Source of the DNA: Haliotis rufescens
Taxonomy: Eukaryota
Length of the DNA: 64,000 nucleotides
Direction of reading: 5' to 3'
Assembly (NCBI RefSeq): GCF_023055435.1
Contig: NW_025964223.1
Coordinates: 45,384,001-45,448,000 of the forward strand
Below are positions 12,831 to 25,261 of the stretch, piece by piece. The position numbers were made by a program, and so were the translations under genes. The number at the start of each line of letters is the position of its first letter. Position 1 is the first letter of the stretch. The notes under the pieces were generated by a model that made no database searches, was not told where the DNA came from, and worked only from the letters and a program-made list of their open reading frames with translations.

Positions 12831-14639
12831 GACTTGAAATATAGTAGTTTTAGTGCTGTATGTGACAGAGTGAGGCCAGTTGTGACATTAAATTAGTGTG
12901 TGTACTATTTATTTATACCATGCTATACATAAGTTAATTATAAGTTGCCATTTTTTAAACATTTTTTCATAAGATGAAAGAAATGATGGTGCAGAAAAAA
13001 GACTAGCAATTAACATTATAACCGTGATGCAAATGCGTTACTTAATACAGTCCACAAATAACAATATATAGGGCGCCTTTTTACTATTTATTCGTTATAT
13101 GATATCAATAATTCACTTATGGATACTAAAGAATGAATTTATATCACACATTTGATTGTGTTTTATCATGAAATGTTTATTAATATGGAAAATCGGTTTT
13201 TCGATATCAATAACTGAATTCATTATCAAATGATGTACTTTATCATCTAAAAAATAAAATATGGTATTGTATCTATAGCCTTCGTCTCCGTGAACTTTAT
13301 GCCCATTTTTTAATAATTCGTGAAGATAGGTACAGTTTCGTAACATTTGCATATATAGTCATATTCAGATGATGTCTCATTGTAGTTTAATGCGATTTGA
13401 ATATTATAATTTACTATCGTACTTACTTATTGTTTTAAATGAGACGTTTAAATTTAGATGTCACCACAAATTACAATTATTGCTTGTACGTTCACCACAA
13501 TTGACAAATACTCTAAAATCTTTGACTAGTAAACGTTGAAAAATATAATAATGTAAATGCCAAAATGATGTATCCAGGATCAAGTAGAAGATATATGGAC
13601 AGCAGCGCTGGAAATTTATTCAACAGGCCCGTGAAAACAACACTGCTTTAGCTCAATGTTTACCACTCCTGGCGACCATTGTGCGACGGCCATCTTACAC
13701 ACAACCCCGTGCTCACGTCTACAGGTCTCTTCCTGTGGTACGGTAATTAGTATAGCCCTCTCCCTCAAGTGTATCCTCCAGGATATATTCTACTCTCATT
13801 AATTAAATGCTGCCCTTTCCCAGCGTCACGGCTATGGAGCTGAGACGAAGAGGCCCAACCATCATAAAGTAATTAGGGTCCAATAAAAACAATGCCCCAC
13901 CAAACCTCATAAACATGATCACTGAAAGTCGTACTACAGACGCTTAATGTCAAATCACAAAAAAGCATTTGAATAGCAATAACATGTAACATGATCATGT
14001 ATTCTCTTAACACCATCGCAAGACACCATGTAATCACATCTAAAAATGAAACATCAGCAAGTACATATAATAAAATGTGCATTAACATTTTTCGTCAGGA
14101 AATCAAAAAGTCATCTCCTTGTTACCACGTCCAGGTTCAGGTAGACATGCCCGTGGTATTGGTCAAAAGTTTGTTCCCCCTCTAATGAGTGTGACACGCG
14201 TTGCACACGGGTATCACACGTGTGGCGTACGGGTTCCACACGGGTGACCAACGGGGTGAACACGGGTTGCGTAACGCGTTGCCCATGCGTGTAAGGGGAA
14301 TGAACTTCTAGGCAGTAGTGTAGGTGCAATGGAAACAAAATATGGCTTCAGAGATAAATGGTTTGTGCAACAAGAGGAAGGGCTGTTGGTTGAATACTCG
14401 GCAACATTTCACCATTCTAACCTTGCGTTGAAGGAAAAAATAGCATAACAAGGTCAAGCAGGCTCAAACCGTCCACTGTATAATTTTGGCCCTCTTGACA
14501 TGTGTGTCTGGCTAGAGAGGTACAATAATACTAAAGTGATAAGCATTCCCTTCATCAGTTCCGGGTTTGGACAACACATTCCTAATGAAGTACAGAAACA
14601 GAAACATATGAATGCCTGTAGTTACATGTACGTTACAAA

Positions 14640-15080
14640 CAAAGTTAGAAGCACTTCCGGTTCAGTAACGTCTCTTCCGGTTCGGGAAAAGACATGCCCA
14701 ATTCAGTAACAATTTCTTACAAAAATTCCCCTGCTTTCAGATTGCATAAAAACAAAGATTTAAACCCTTCCGGTTCAGTAAAATCACTTTCAGTTCGGGA
14801 AAGCACATGTCCAATGCAGTGCACCTTTCAAACAGATTTCCTTTGCTTCTAAATAGCTTGATAACAAAGTTGTAGGCACTTCAAATTTAACATCATGCAC
14901 ATCCGGTTTATATAAATGTATGCCCAATACAACTTTCAAACAGAAAGTCCCATTCCCCTAACTAATAAGGACTTCCGTTATAATGACGTTACTCTCGGTT
15001 TCGGGAAAATACATGCGAAATGCAGTACAAGAATGTAATGCAATTTTTTCTGCAACCTCCATAAGAAAGTTATAAGCTCT
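14640..15080. repeat. Diverged ~113-bp minisatellite (copy in duplication block 1)
   Basis: ttccggttcagtaa...ttcgggaaa.cacatg.ccaat.cagt recurs at 14655 and 14768, followed by weaker units. Homologous arrays lie at ~30150-30830 and ~49290-50140. Confidence 0.75.
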
Positions 15081-15820
15081 TTAGTTTTACGTTTCGTTCA
15101 ATGCAATATACAAAGGGGAAAATGAAATCAGTGTTTCAGTTTCAAAGCCTCCTTAACGGGTCTCGAATATGTGACGGAAATCACCAGGAATATTGTGACA
15201 ACTTATTCGGAACTGATGTAGAGTAGAAGATACGACACTGCTTGGACTTGAGTTCTGAGTTTACATAGAACTGTAGAAAATGTTACTTTAAATGCACTCA
15301 TGAGCTCCTCGAGTGGTTTAAGTGTTGAATACATAATATATATAATATAATCCTAATGATTTATTATATCCTGGAAATATTGTGTGTGAAGGTATTTTGA
15401 ATTTGAATCGTATAAACTTTTTTGTAATCATAATACATCTTCTAATCACTTGTTTGTTACAACATGCAAATTGATACCAATACAGACAGATATTGTTGTA
15501 ATAAATCTACGGCATGTGAATGTATATGAATCGATGATGAGAACATTTAGTTTAGTAGACTGAATAGGTTCCGTCTCTGAAGAGCATCGTGACCGAACCT
15601 ATCGACAACTCTAAATGACATGAACCCTAAAAATAATGCAGTGATAAGCTTTTCTAGACATGGACAAGGAACCGTGCATTTTGTGGATGTTCAATTTCTT
15701 TGTTATCACCACACTTACATAACAGCGCCATTCTTTATCATGTACATTTTTGAATGTCAAGTTCCAATTATTTTAACTATAAAGACACATCACTTCAACT
15801 TTTCATGAAGATATATTAAA

Positions 15821-16410
15821 TTCCAGAGACAATGAAATGCACACTGGTCCACCTATGATGATGGTCAGAGGAAACTTGATGGATCGGGTGGTCAGGGTCG
15901 GGGACTTGGCTGATGGCTTGTAAACGTACCCTTGCAGCGGGATCGTTGCTCATAATATCAATGACTGGATTGTTCATATTCGATTATTTACAGGCTGCGT
16001 CATGAAATGGTGGATGGTCTTTTTCGCCTTGAGCTGATAATACACAATAGACATGCTATAAACCAAGTCACCGAGCTGTCAAACATAATAATAAGGTGTC
16101 AACACTAAGTACCGTAAATCATTACATTTAAGTTGTATTGAAATGGACACTGGTCTTTCTCGCCTTGAGCTGATAATACACAATAGACATGCTATCAACC
16201 AAGTCACCGAGCTGTCAAACTTAATAATAAGGCGTCAACAGTAAGTACCGTAAGTCATTACATTTAAGTTGTATTGAAATGGACACTGGTCTTTCTCCCC
16301 TTTAGCTGATAATACATCATAGACACACTATCAACCAAGCCACCGAGCTGTCAAACAAAATAATAAGGCGACAGTGACAGGTTGAACAAACACAATGGCC
16401 TCGGTGGTTA
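15821..16410 (+). pseudogene. Decayed GH86-like exon-1 remnants, including a 3x ~137-bp tandem that contains the signal-peptide start
   Basis: ttccagagacaatgaaatgcacactggtc at 15821. tgaaatggacactggtctttctcgccttgagctgata at ~16003, 16139 and 16276 resembles atgaaatggacacaggtctttttcactttgagtctga. gacagtgacaggttgaacaaacacaatggcct (~16370-16402) resembles the DRWNKHNGL codons. Confidence 0.7.
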
Positions 16411-17990
16411 GGGGTTGCCCACATTTCCTTTGTCGCCTCCTATGCGTTTTTTCCTTAGCAAGCGTTTGGATCATCGAGCAAATAACACATATGAGAATTA
16501 CAGTAATGGTTGTTTGTGGTCCGGGTAGGTATTTTGCAGTATCGTTGACTTCCATGTGACAGAGAAATTATTATAAATCAAGACTTTGTGATACAATGTT
16601 AATGTATTAGTGTGATATACTTATCCTTTGCATAACGTCTCGAGTGACAGGGCGACATGCATTTATCTCAAGGCTATCCTGTCACCTGATCATGACCAAC
16701 TACGCATGTTCTTATCATATGCAAACGTTTATAGAACGGCAGTGTCAGGGTCACCAATAATTTCCATAAAATCTAACCACATCTTACCGCATGGAGTCCA
16801 GCTCGTTCTGTACAGACCAGTCGAACTTGGGCCGTCTTGTGAGTATGCCTTTTTAGGTTACATTCATGCCAGAGTGAATGATGTATGTCCAGGACTACTG
16901 GTTTAATAAACTTTGGCGGGATATGGGGTTGGGTTGAAGAGGGATTTTTTTTGTATGTTTCCTATATATACACACATTACTGTCAACACAAATTTGATAA
17001 CAGCAGCTGCGTTAATTCCATGGCACCAGCAGCAAGTCATGCACAGGTTAGTTAGTCAGAGAATGGCCGGTCGGTCACTGGTGTCTGGCTTTGTGAATGA
17101 GGTGCGGGATACTGCAGGCTGGCGATGCAAGAAACGTAATGTGACACGTGCCGGTCTGACAGTGATTCGCTTTAGAGTAAAAAGTAGAATGCAGCGGCTG
17201 GGCAGGTTAGGAATACTGATTTAAATGGATTTGGATGTCTGTCTTTCAAACACTGCAGTCCAACTTTGGGTCCCAAACACTTTTATTCGTTATACAAAAA
17301 ATACAGCTGCGCAATGATAATCGGACCGCAATGCCCATGGAGCATCTTCGAAGCGTTAGTCATCCAACCTGCCTGTCCGAAGCCCCGATCAAGTCTCTCT
17401 CACATCATTTGTGTAATACATTATTATTGTAGAGGTAAGGTATTGTATAATATAACAAAGAATCGACATCTCTTTTTAATTAAAAAGTACCAAAATGTTC
17501 AAATGGCGCCAACTACACGTGGTATAAATGGATATAATCAATGTATTTTGTGTATGCTGTAAGGGACCAGTGTCCAACGTCAAATGATTAACATCTCAGC
17601 TCATCTCAATATTAAACAGATCAGTGGAAACACTTACAACCACAGTGTCACTTACTTGATATGCACATATTTTTTACTGTATGCATCATGCTGACTTGAA
17701 TGATATTATACCACATATATCTATGTTAAGAGTCCGTTTTATTGTTAATAGTAAATATGTTTCGAAAATAAAATGAAACCAGGTACCGCAAGCTGGCGAT
17801 ATATATAAGGTAATATGAAGCGCGGCGATCTGACAGTGAGTCGAGGCGGTGGGGTAGCCTAGTGGTCTAAGCGTTCAATTTTAAGAGCCCGTTTTATTGT
17901 TAACAGTAAATAAGTTTCGAAAGTAAAATAAAACCAGGTAGCTGAATTGTAAACAAAAGAAATCATTGAATGGGATATTTGTTTCAGAAA

Positions 17991-20900
17991 ATGAAATGGA
18001 CACAGGTCTTTTTCACTTTGAGTCTGACAGTAGGCGGTGTATACACTGACACTACTGTCACCATCCACCCTCAATGGCTGGCACAGGGAGGAAGCGCTCA
18101 CTATGATAGTAATAGATGGAACAAGCACAATAACCTGGATCAAGCATTCCTCATTCCAAAATGTCGGAGCATTCGGACTGATAGTGGACGCTGGAGTGAC
18201 AGAGATTATAACGGTCGTCTCTTCCTAGATGTGAGATCTACTTATGAATAATGCAAAATATTACTTCCAAATGAAAACTGTCACTAGTATTGTTCAATGA
18301 AATACTTGACACCATCAAATTGAAAAACCATTTATGGTGATAACGTAATGGTATATATTCATTAAAACAAACATTCGACATACGTTGAGAAGCTCTGCTA
18401 TTTAGATTAAACTCAGATTCATCAATATTAGAAAAAAAATTAATTTAAGTCTTAGAATTTCTCCACAACCTGTTATGAAAAAGATATTGTAAGTTTTTCA
18501 GGCACGTGTTGCCATATCTGTCTAGTGAACTGACAAGAATGGCGAAGGGAGAATAACAGGTCAAATATTGCCTAACAGGTTACAACAGAAATGAAAAAAA
18601 ATATCTAAAATGAGAAAATATTGAATTTAAAACTGTTCGTAATTAATTTCAAAACTTTGATGGTGTATTCTTTACTATTGACAATAACAACGAATATATC
18701 ACTTCTTGGTGCCATATTATGGCAGCTATTCAGAATGACAGTAAATGTCCGTGCAAATATGCATTGGTAAATGTTCACAACATGGCACGAAAGTGGAATA
18801 CACTTTTACTAATATAATAAGCATATTGGTTGTAGTGGCCAGAGGACCCAAACCGTAGTGGCTACCCTGACCCCAACCATCTGAAGAACGTCACCAAACA
18901 GAAGGAACTGTTCTCCGCGTACATTGAGAACATCAACAGTGGTTATGAGAACGACATGATCATGATGGCGGAAGGTAAGATTGTTCGATATGATGGCACT
19001 GTAGCCATGGCGGAACCCAACATAAGCGGATAAGGCCAAAACAAACCAATATAATGTTTACATCACCACCGTGTTATTCTGTTTGTTCGCTGGAAATTTG
19101 GTAGCAGACATCACTTGGGTAATCGTGAATACCATATTTGGGCCAGCATATTGATTGTCTATTGATTCCCATTGTTGGTTCATCGTCACTTGGTATGCAG
19201 AAGCCACGTAGTGAACCAACGTCCATTAAACCGAAATATCCTACTGCGAACTAGAACTTGCCTCATGTTAGACATTTTGTTTACTGTTTGTTTGTTATGT
19301 AACGTCGCTACATGACAGTGGTCTGTAAACAATAGGTACTATATATGGAAATACAATGTTAAAGAAAAATTGCACTGTAAATAAAAAACTTTCGCCGAAA
19401 GTGTATACGTATCGCAGATATTGAAGACTAGGATAAGAAAAGTGTAAGATGCATAAGTATTACTTTCTGCCCCGCGGAGATTCTGGGTAAGAATTGGTCC
19501 CCAACAATCTGTGTAAGGATCAGATTGTCAAGCTCTGTTGATAGCATGTCACTCTATCTCGACGGCGTAGATCGCTGCACAACTATTTGTTTAGGTACAA
19601 CAAAACGAAATATATTAACATTCTATGCCCAAGCATGTATTTTGTTATTCTTTAAAAGATAAATCACTTGTTCAAAATTATATTTCTGTCCGAAACATTT
19701 TTTATTCATTTTCTCACAGAATTCAGGAACAATGACAGAACATCGGTTGTGGTGCAGTAATGTCAGGAAATGTCACCCTATCTTGGATGTCACAGATATC
19801 ACATCAAGTCTCATTCATTCATGTATCAACCCATCTGTATAAAAAATTAATGCAGAAACTCACTAATGGTATCAGCTCTACAAGAGTTAAATACAATTCA
19901 TATTACGAGCGGACAAAAACAATCAATTTTACAAACCCTTTTTATAGCCTTATGAAGCCACCTTGCATTAAGTGAGTGAGCTGGGTTTAACGCCGCTTTT
20001 AACAGTATTCCAGCTATATCGCGGCGTGTCAGCATAATATGGGAGGAAAGCCCGAAGTGATGCAGGTCTCAGACTTTTACCACTTCGATGAAACCAACGA
20101 GCACGGATATGGTCCTGGCAAACCTAGAAACATAATCGGGGCGAACCGGGATTCGAACCCACAATGATAGGTTTCTGTCGTACCCAATGGACGCAACTCC
20201 TCATAGCGAATCGCGGCGCCTCAGAAGACTGAGCTACCAGTGCCCCCCTACTTATATATAACACAAAACTGATATCATTGGTTTAATGTGTGTCCTGATA
20301 AACAAAATGAAAGCCAACCTGCTTTAAAAAAAGGACTAAGATGACCATGACCTTGAACATGGTATTTAATTCATTCCTACACCAGTCATTTTTTTATTAC
20401 ATCATTATTTTATTTTAAATTTAAATTTTAATCATTCATATGTTTTCAAACTGTTTCATTTCAATTCATTTTTGCCAGAACATGTATTTGTTTAACAGTT
20501 TTACTCTTATGCTGTTGACAGCTCTGTTTTACCCGAGTTGGATAGACACGTCTGAACACGATGGTCATTTCCCAAACAATGTCGATGCTGCTGCAGAGTT
20601 CATGATGTTGATGGTGCAAGGAGTGTATGACTACACCAAAGGACAGATGGTTCCACCCTACTTTGAGCCCATAAATGAACCGGATGGTAAATGGCATATC
20701 CTGAATTTCACGACTATCAACATCTTTCACAAATTAGTTGCAGAGAAACTCCATGCCAGATTTAACATCAAAGTTGCTGGTCCTACACTAACCGAAGAAA
20801 CTGGACATTCAGATGTAAACGACTTTTTGTATTGGCACAAAGTAGCAAATTTCATGGACGTCACTTTAGGCTATATTGACGTATTTTCTTTTCATGCGTA

Positions 20901-22011
20901 CAACACACTGGTTGCTTCGGGGAAATCTCACAATTTTACTGGAATAAATGAAGCACGTCTGATAGCATTTGTCGACCTGGTTGAAAACTATGCTTTTCAG
21001 AAGACCGGCAAGATTATCCCCCTTGTTATCAGTGAATATGGTCGCGGCGGCATCATAGGACGTGATAAATTTGCTCCATCGCCTATAGTGGACTTTTCAA
21101 CAATATACCAAGCCAATGCACACAGATTTACCCAACTAGGTCTCAGGGAATATATTGACAGAGCAGTGGTGTTTCTTTTAGCAAATGAAGAATGGCCAGG
21201 ACGTTATAGTCTCAACTATTCACTTTTTACACTTCAAGGAAACGCCACACGTATTGTCGACGTCTACGAGTTTTGGTATAAATTCACGTCAGACTTCTCC
21301 TTCTTAAGAACAACCAGCCAATATGATGGAGCGGAACGAACGGTGTCGCCGTTGGCAATGTCCAGTCCATTGATTAACGAAACCGTCATTCTCTTGCATA
21401 GCTATTCTCGGATGGCACAGGCGGTCAAGTTAGTTTTTCAAAAGAACTGGATCACACCAACCACTGGAGAAGCTACTTGTATCACACTCAAAGACGACTG
21501 GTTCCCAGTCATCACCTTCAATGAACCCATCAACATCCAGAAAACTCAAGGAGTGGTTGAACTTCCTCCTGAAGCAACGTGTCAGTTTACATTCAAGATC
21601 CCTTCCAACAAACTGCCTTCAGTCACTCTCAACGAAACCACATTCTACGGCGTTGATATGCTTTTACCAATCAAGGGCAACGTCACTGTGACAGCAATAA
21701 ATCTACCAAGTAGCCAATTTTACAGTGCAAGACTGAGAGTTTCAACCAGTTGGCCGATCAATGAAACAAACAGTGTATCACATCTTACCTTTAACCTCCA
21801 TCCCCTGGACTCTTTCTTTAAGCTGTATGATTCCGACAAGTTTACCAGCACCACCTATTGGCAAGTTTGGGAGTTTGTAGTCCCTACCTCACTGTTTGCC
21901 ACCGGGCCTAACCTGGTACAGGTTCACTTCTCCAAAAACATGACAGCGGGATATGTTTCTTCAGTAGCTCTTGTCGCAGCCAAGCTTGTCCCATCTGATT
22001 TGAAATCATGA
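17991..22011 (+). CDS. Secreted GH86-like beta-porphyranase/beta-agarase, copy A1, 622 aa; exons 17991-18230, 18836-18974, 20522-22011
   Basis: Exons join in frame through GT-AG introns (phase 0, then phase 1; 240+139+1490 nt). Signal peptide MKWTQVFFTLSLTVGGVYT. Exon 2 encodes WPEDPNRSGYPDP. Clan GH-A motifs YFEPINEPD, KVAGPT, IDVFSFHAY and VISEYG. The C-terminus ETTFYG...ARLRVS...WEFVVP...GYVSSVALV resembles the beta-porphyranase A C-terminal domain. ATTAAA at 22051. Confidence 0.88.
19972..20248 (-). mobile_element. tRNA-derived SINE (family 2) in intron 2 of A1
   Basis: The minus strand begins gggggcactggtagctcagtc (A box), contains gggttcgaatcccgg (B box) and ends in an (actc)n tail. 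It is absent at the equivalent site in A2 (ccattaag|tacttat, ~38290). Confidence 0.85.
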
Positions 22012-22115
22012 TAATGATAATAATTCTGACAAATTTCTCAAACTTTGATAATTAAACATATTCCACCAATGTGTCTAATGTCAGTTTTGATATATTCTTC
22101 TCAGGTCATCAGACA

Positions 22116-22165
22116 CGCAAGCACGCACGCACGCACGCTCACACGCACGCACGCACGCACGCACG
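22116..22165. repeat. (GCAC)n microsatellite downstream of A1 (paralogous copy at 40148-40203)
   Basis: Read directly from the sequence. Confidence 0.9.
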
Positions 22166-23594
22166 TGGTCTGGTGTTTCTGGTCTGATCCATTCTATATA
22201 CAGAACACCGTCCTGTAGGTGGACTATATCTGAGTCTGGTTTTTAACAACAAACGATGTTTTCAGAAAGTTTTGAAAGATACGTGAAGCTGATAACTGAC
22301 TCCGAAAATAAACCGCCCAGTATATAAGCAACGCATGAACATAATTTGGTTCTATGTCGGACACAAAATCATAAGAATTACGATGAACAGTCAAACAGTT
22401 ATCAAATGAGCAAACTCACAGTTACCGTGTGAGCAACCCTGGTAAGATGCAGTTCTTATGAAGCACAGGTATAAAAAAAACACTTTTGAGTACTTGATTC
22501 AGTATCGAAAAGTTCATCAGTATGTATGACGTGCATGTAACGGTCAGGATTTACCAGTCGGTTTTATAGTGCTATCAAACTGTGGTACCACAACACAGTT
22601 TTAAATGTATCCCGAGCTCAGACACAATATACAGACTCTGATCCGACCGCTTCTTGTTATAACCTCTCAATGCCGAGCACTACAGAGAGAGAAACAACAA
22701 GTCGCATCTGTTAACGTCTTTTGGTATGTCGCGTCCAGGAGATCGAACCACCGACCTTCTGCTCTCCGGATCTCTGGCCTGTTTGGTTACAAACCTTATA
22801 ACAACAACTAACCACCAGAAATGTTATATGCAGCAACCACGTGGTATGAAGAATAACATACAATACATTATTTTTGAAGATTGAGACCTTTGACTTTCAC
22901 GTTCCATCATTTATATCTCACCTGACGGAAAGTCAAGTATACTATCTGGAGCTGAAAATTTGTATGAGCGATCCCAGCTAGGGTATCTCTGAAAAGCGTA
23001 AACAAAATCCGATCCGATTATAAACCTTTGTGCCAACCAGTTAAACATTTCTGCACGTATCTTTATGGAATTGGATATGAAGGAAGTAAATGGTAGGCAA
23101 AAATAAAGTCTATGAACCTGAAACTGTGCCAAAATGATACCAGCAGTTGTTTCAAAAAAGTGTTTACAGAATTTCGATGCAATTAGAAACATGGACGCCA
23201 TGGTGGCCACACTGAAGAGTTCATCTTTTGACATTTATTCAGCCATTTCCACATGATGAAGTTTGATGAGCAGAATTTATGCTTCGACCTTGAACTTCAT
23301 GGGAAACATAAGCCGGAGTAGGTGCAAAAGATTCAAAATGCTGAAATTATGCCTGAATGACTTCACGTTTATTTAAGTTTGCTCAGAAAATCATGATATA
23401 CACTCATTAACAATGTTGCCAAAATGTTTGTTTTCCTTTCCCTGGAGCCTATTACACCCCCCCCCCCCCCCCCCCCCCCCTATATTTAGAGGCATATGTC
23501 CAAAAGAAATTTAATGTTCATCTATTTCACCGTATGTGATTACCAGATTGATATTCCTAGAGCGAGGGGCAATTCGTTGTCCAGGGTTCCATCT

Positions 23595-23805
23595 CTTGGG
23601 AACGCCAGAAACCGTTGGTCAGGGGTTCGAATCCTGGTCCGCCCCGATTACGTTTCAAGTTTTGTCATCACAAAAATAATTTTCACCAAAGAGGTGAACG
23701 TCTTAAGCCTGCACCACGTCGGGATTTTCTCCCACATTAAGCTGAAACGCTGTGATATAACTGGAATGCTTTTCAAAGCGGCGTTAAAGACAACTCACTC
23801 ACTCA
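23595..23805 (+). mobile_element. 5'-truncated, diverged SINE family 2 copy (duplicate at ~43128-43338)
   Basis: ggggttcgaatcctgg B box and aagcggcgttaaagacaactcactcactc tail. Confidence 0.7.
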
Positions 23806-23918
23806 GTCGTAAAGAACAACGATTGCATATTATGTTAAGACAACAAACATGGAAAGCACATAGGTTTTTTTATTGTTTTTTAGATCAGTTTCATATTCCA
23901 TTATGTATTGGCTTTTAG

Positions 23919-24540
23919 CTCATAACTGGGCAAGTTGGACGAAGCAGTCCGAACATATATATATATATATATGGAGTATATGACAATACCAAAGGAGAGA
24001 ACCCGCCCTACTTCGATCCCATAAATGAACCGGACACTAAGACTGACATCTGAAATTTTACTTTTGCCACTTCCACAAATTATTGCCAGATTTAACATTA
24101 AAGTGGCTGGTCCCACACTGCAGATAAAACAGTGATACTTAATGGAGCCAATGCAAAAATATCCAGGACGTGATAGTCTGAACTATTCACTTTCACTTTC
24201 AAAGAAATGCCACAGGTACATGTATGGTGGACGTTCTTCGAGTTTTGTACAAATTCACGTCAGACTACTCCTTTTTCGAACTACCAGCCAGTATTATGCA
24301 CAGGAACGAACCATGTCGAGGTTAGCACAACGAAATTGGCACAAACTGTGACTGTAAAGACGACAGGATCAAACCAGCCACTGGATGAGCTACCTGCGTC
24401 ACCATCAAGGACAACTGTATCTCATCGTAACCTTCAACGGGCCCTTTAACATACAGAAAACACAAAGAATGGTTGAACTTCCTCATGAGGCAAGGCCCCC
24501 TCACACAAACTACAAAGTGCCACTCTCATTGAAACCTCAT
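23919..24540 (+). pseudogene. Old, internally deleted GH86-like exon-3 pseudogene (psi1)
   Basis: Acceptor ttttag|ctcataactgg. Recognisable codons for GVYD.TKG..PPYFDPINEPD, RFNIKVAGPTL, YPGRDSLNYSL and MVELPHEA, with stops and frameshifts. The nucleophile region is deleted and an (AT)n tract replaces part of the exon. Confidence 0.85.
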
Positions 24541-24795
24541 AATAAGGCACTGATATGCTTATACCAATAACTGGCTCTGTTACGTGAAAATAAATAATTA
24601 CTGGAGATATGCAGTTTTGTGTGTTGACTGGGAGGCTTAGAGAAACATTTGTTTATTTGTTGTTTCACGCCACATTCGGCAACATCAGAGCTATATGACG
24701 GTGGTTGGTAAATAATGGAGTCTGGGCCAGACTGATTGTCAAACATGATGATGATGAATCAACATTCTGGAAATCATGTAAATTGTATCTATTTT

Positions 24796-24853
24796 GCACA
24801 GGGACGTAGTGTTCGCTATGACTGTGACAGGTGGAACAAGCACATGGCCTGGA
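24796..24853 (+). pseudogene. Exon-1 remnant of a GH86-like gene (duplicate at ~44356-44412)
   Basis: gcacagggacgtagtgttcgctatgactgtgacaggtggaacaagcacatggcctgga resembles the AQGGRVRYESDRWNKHNGL codons of B1. Confidence 0.75.
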
Positions 24854-25261
24854 TGATAAGGGCTTGACATACTTGCCTTTACAAATATTGTTACACCAAA
24901 CGGTCACCGTCTTATGCGTTTGTTTCCTTAAGCAAGCGTTTAGATCATCAGGGAAATAACACATATAAAAAGAACAGCAAGAGCTTTCTGAAAGCAAAAT
25001 AGTCCACTCAGGTATTTTGGAATATCGGTTTAGACTTTCGTATAAATCGGGCTGTCTTTTCAATGTTAGTGTATTGGTGTAATATACACATCTTCCCTTC
25101 TGGCGTGGCATTCACTTACCTCAAGGCATAGTATCACCACACCTACATACCTACGCATGTTCTTATCATGTACACACATTTATGGAACGTCACAAATAAT
25201 TCTCGTGAATTCTTATCATTAAAGCTGTTCAAGTCTGATGATACATTATATTCCAGTGACA

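Noticed and set aside
20440-20521. N-terminal extensions of the long ORFs (MFSNCF..., MHFSQC...) as true starts of single-exon genes
   Set aside because: They are intron sequence read through in frame. Conserved AG acceptors at 20521, 27546, 38555, 46732 and 55949 join in phase to upstream exons that carry the real signal peptide.
22911-23234. 107-aa minus-strand ORF conserved at 40943-41266 (and similar paired ORFs at 17266/32551 and 23496/43029)
   Set aside because: The conservation is explained by the recent segmental duplication. There are no motifs, and the ORF is not preserved in the more diverged block 3.
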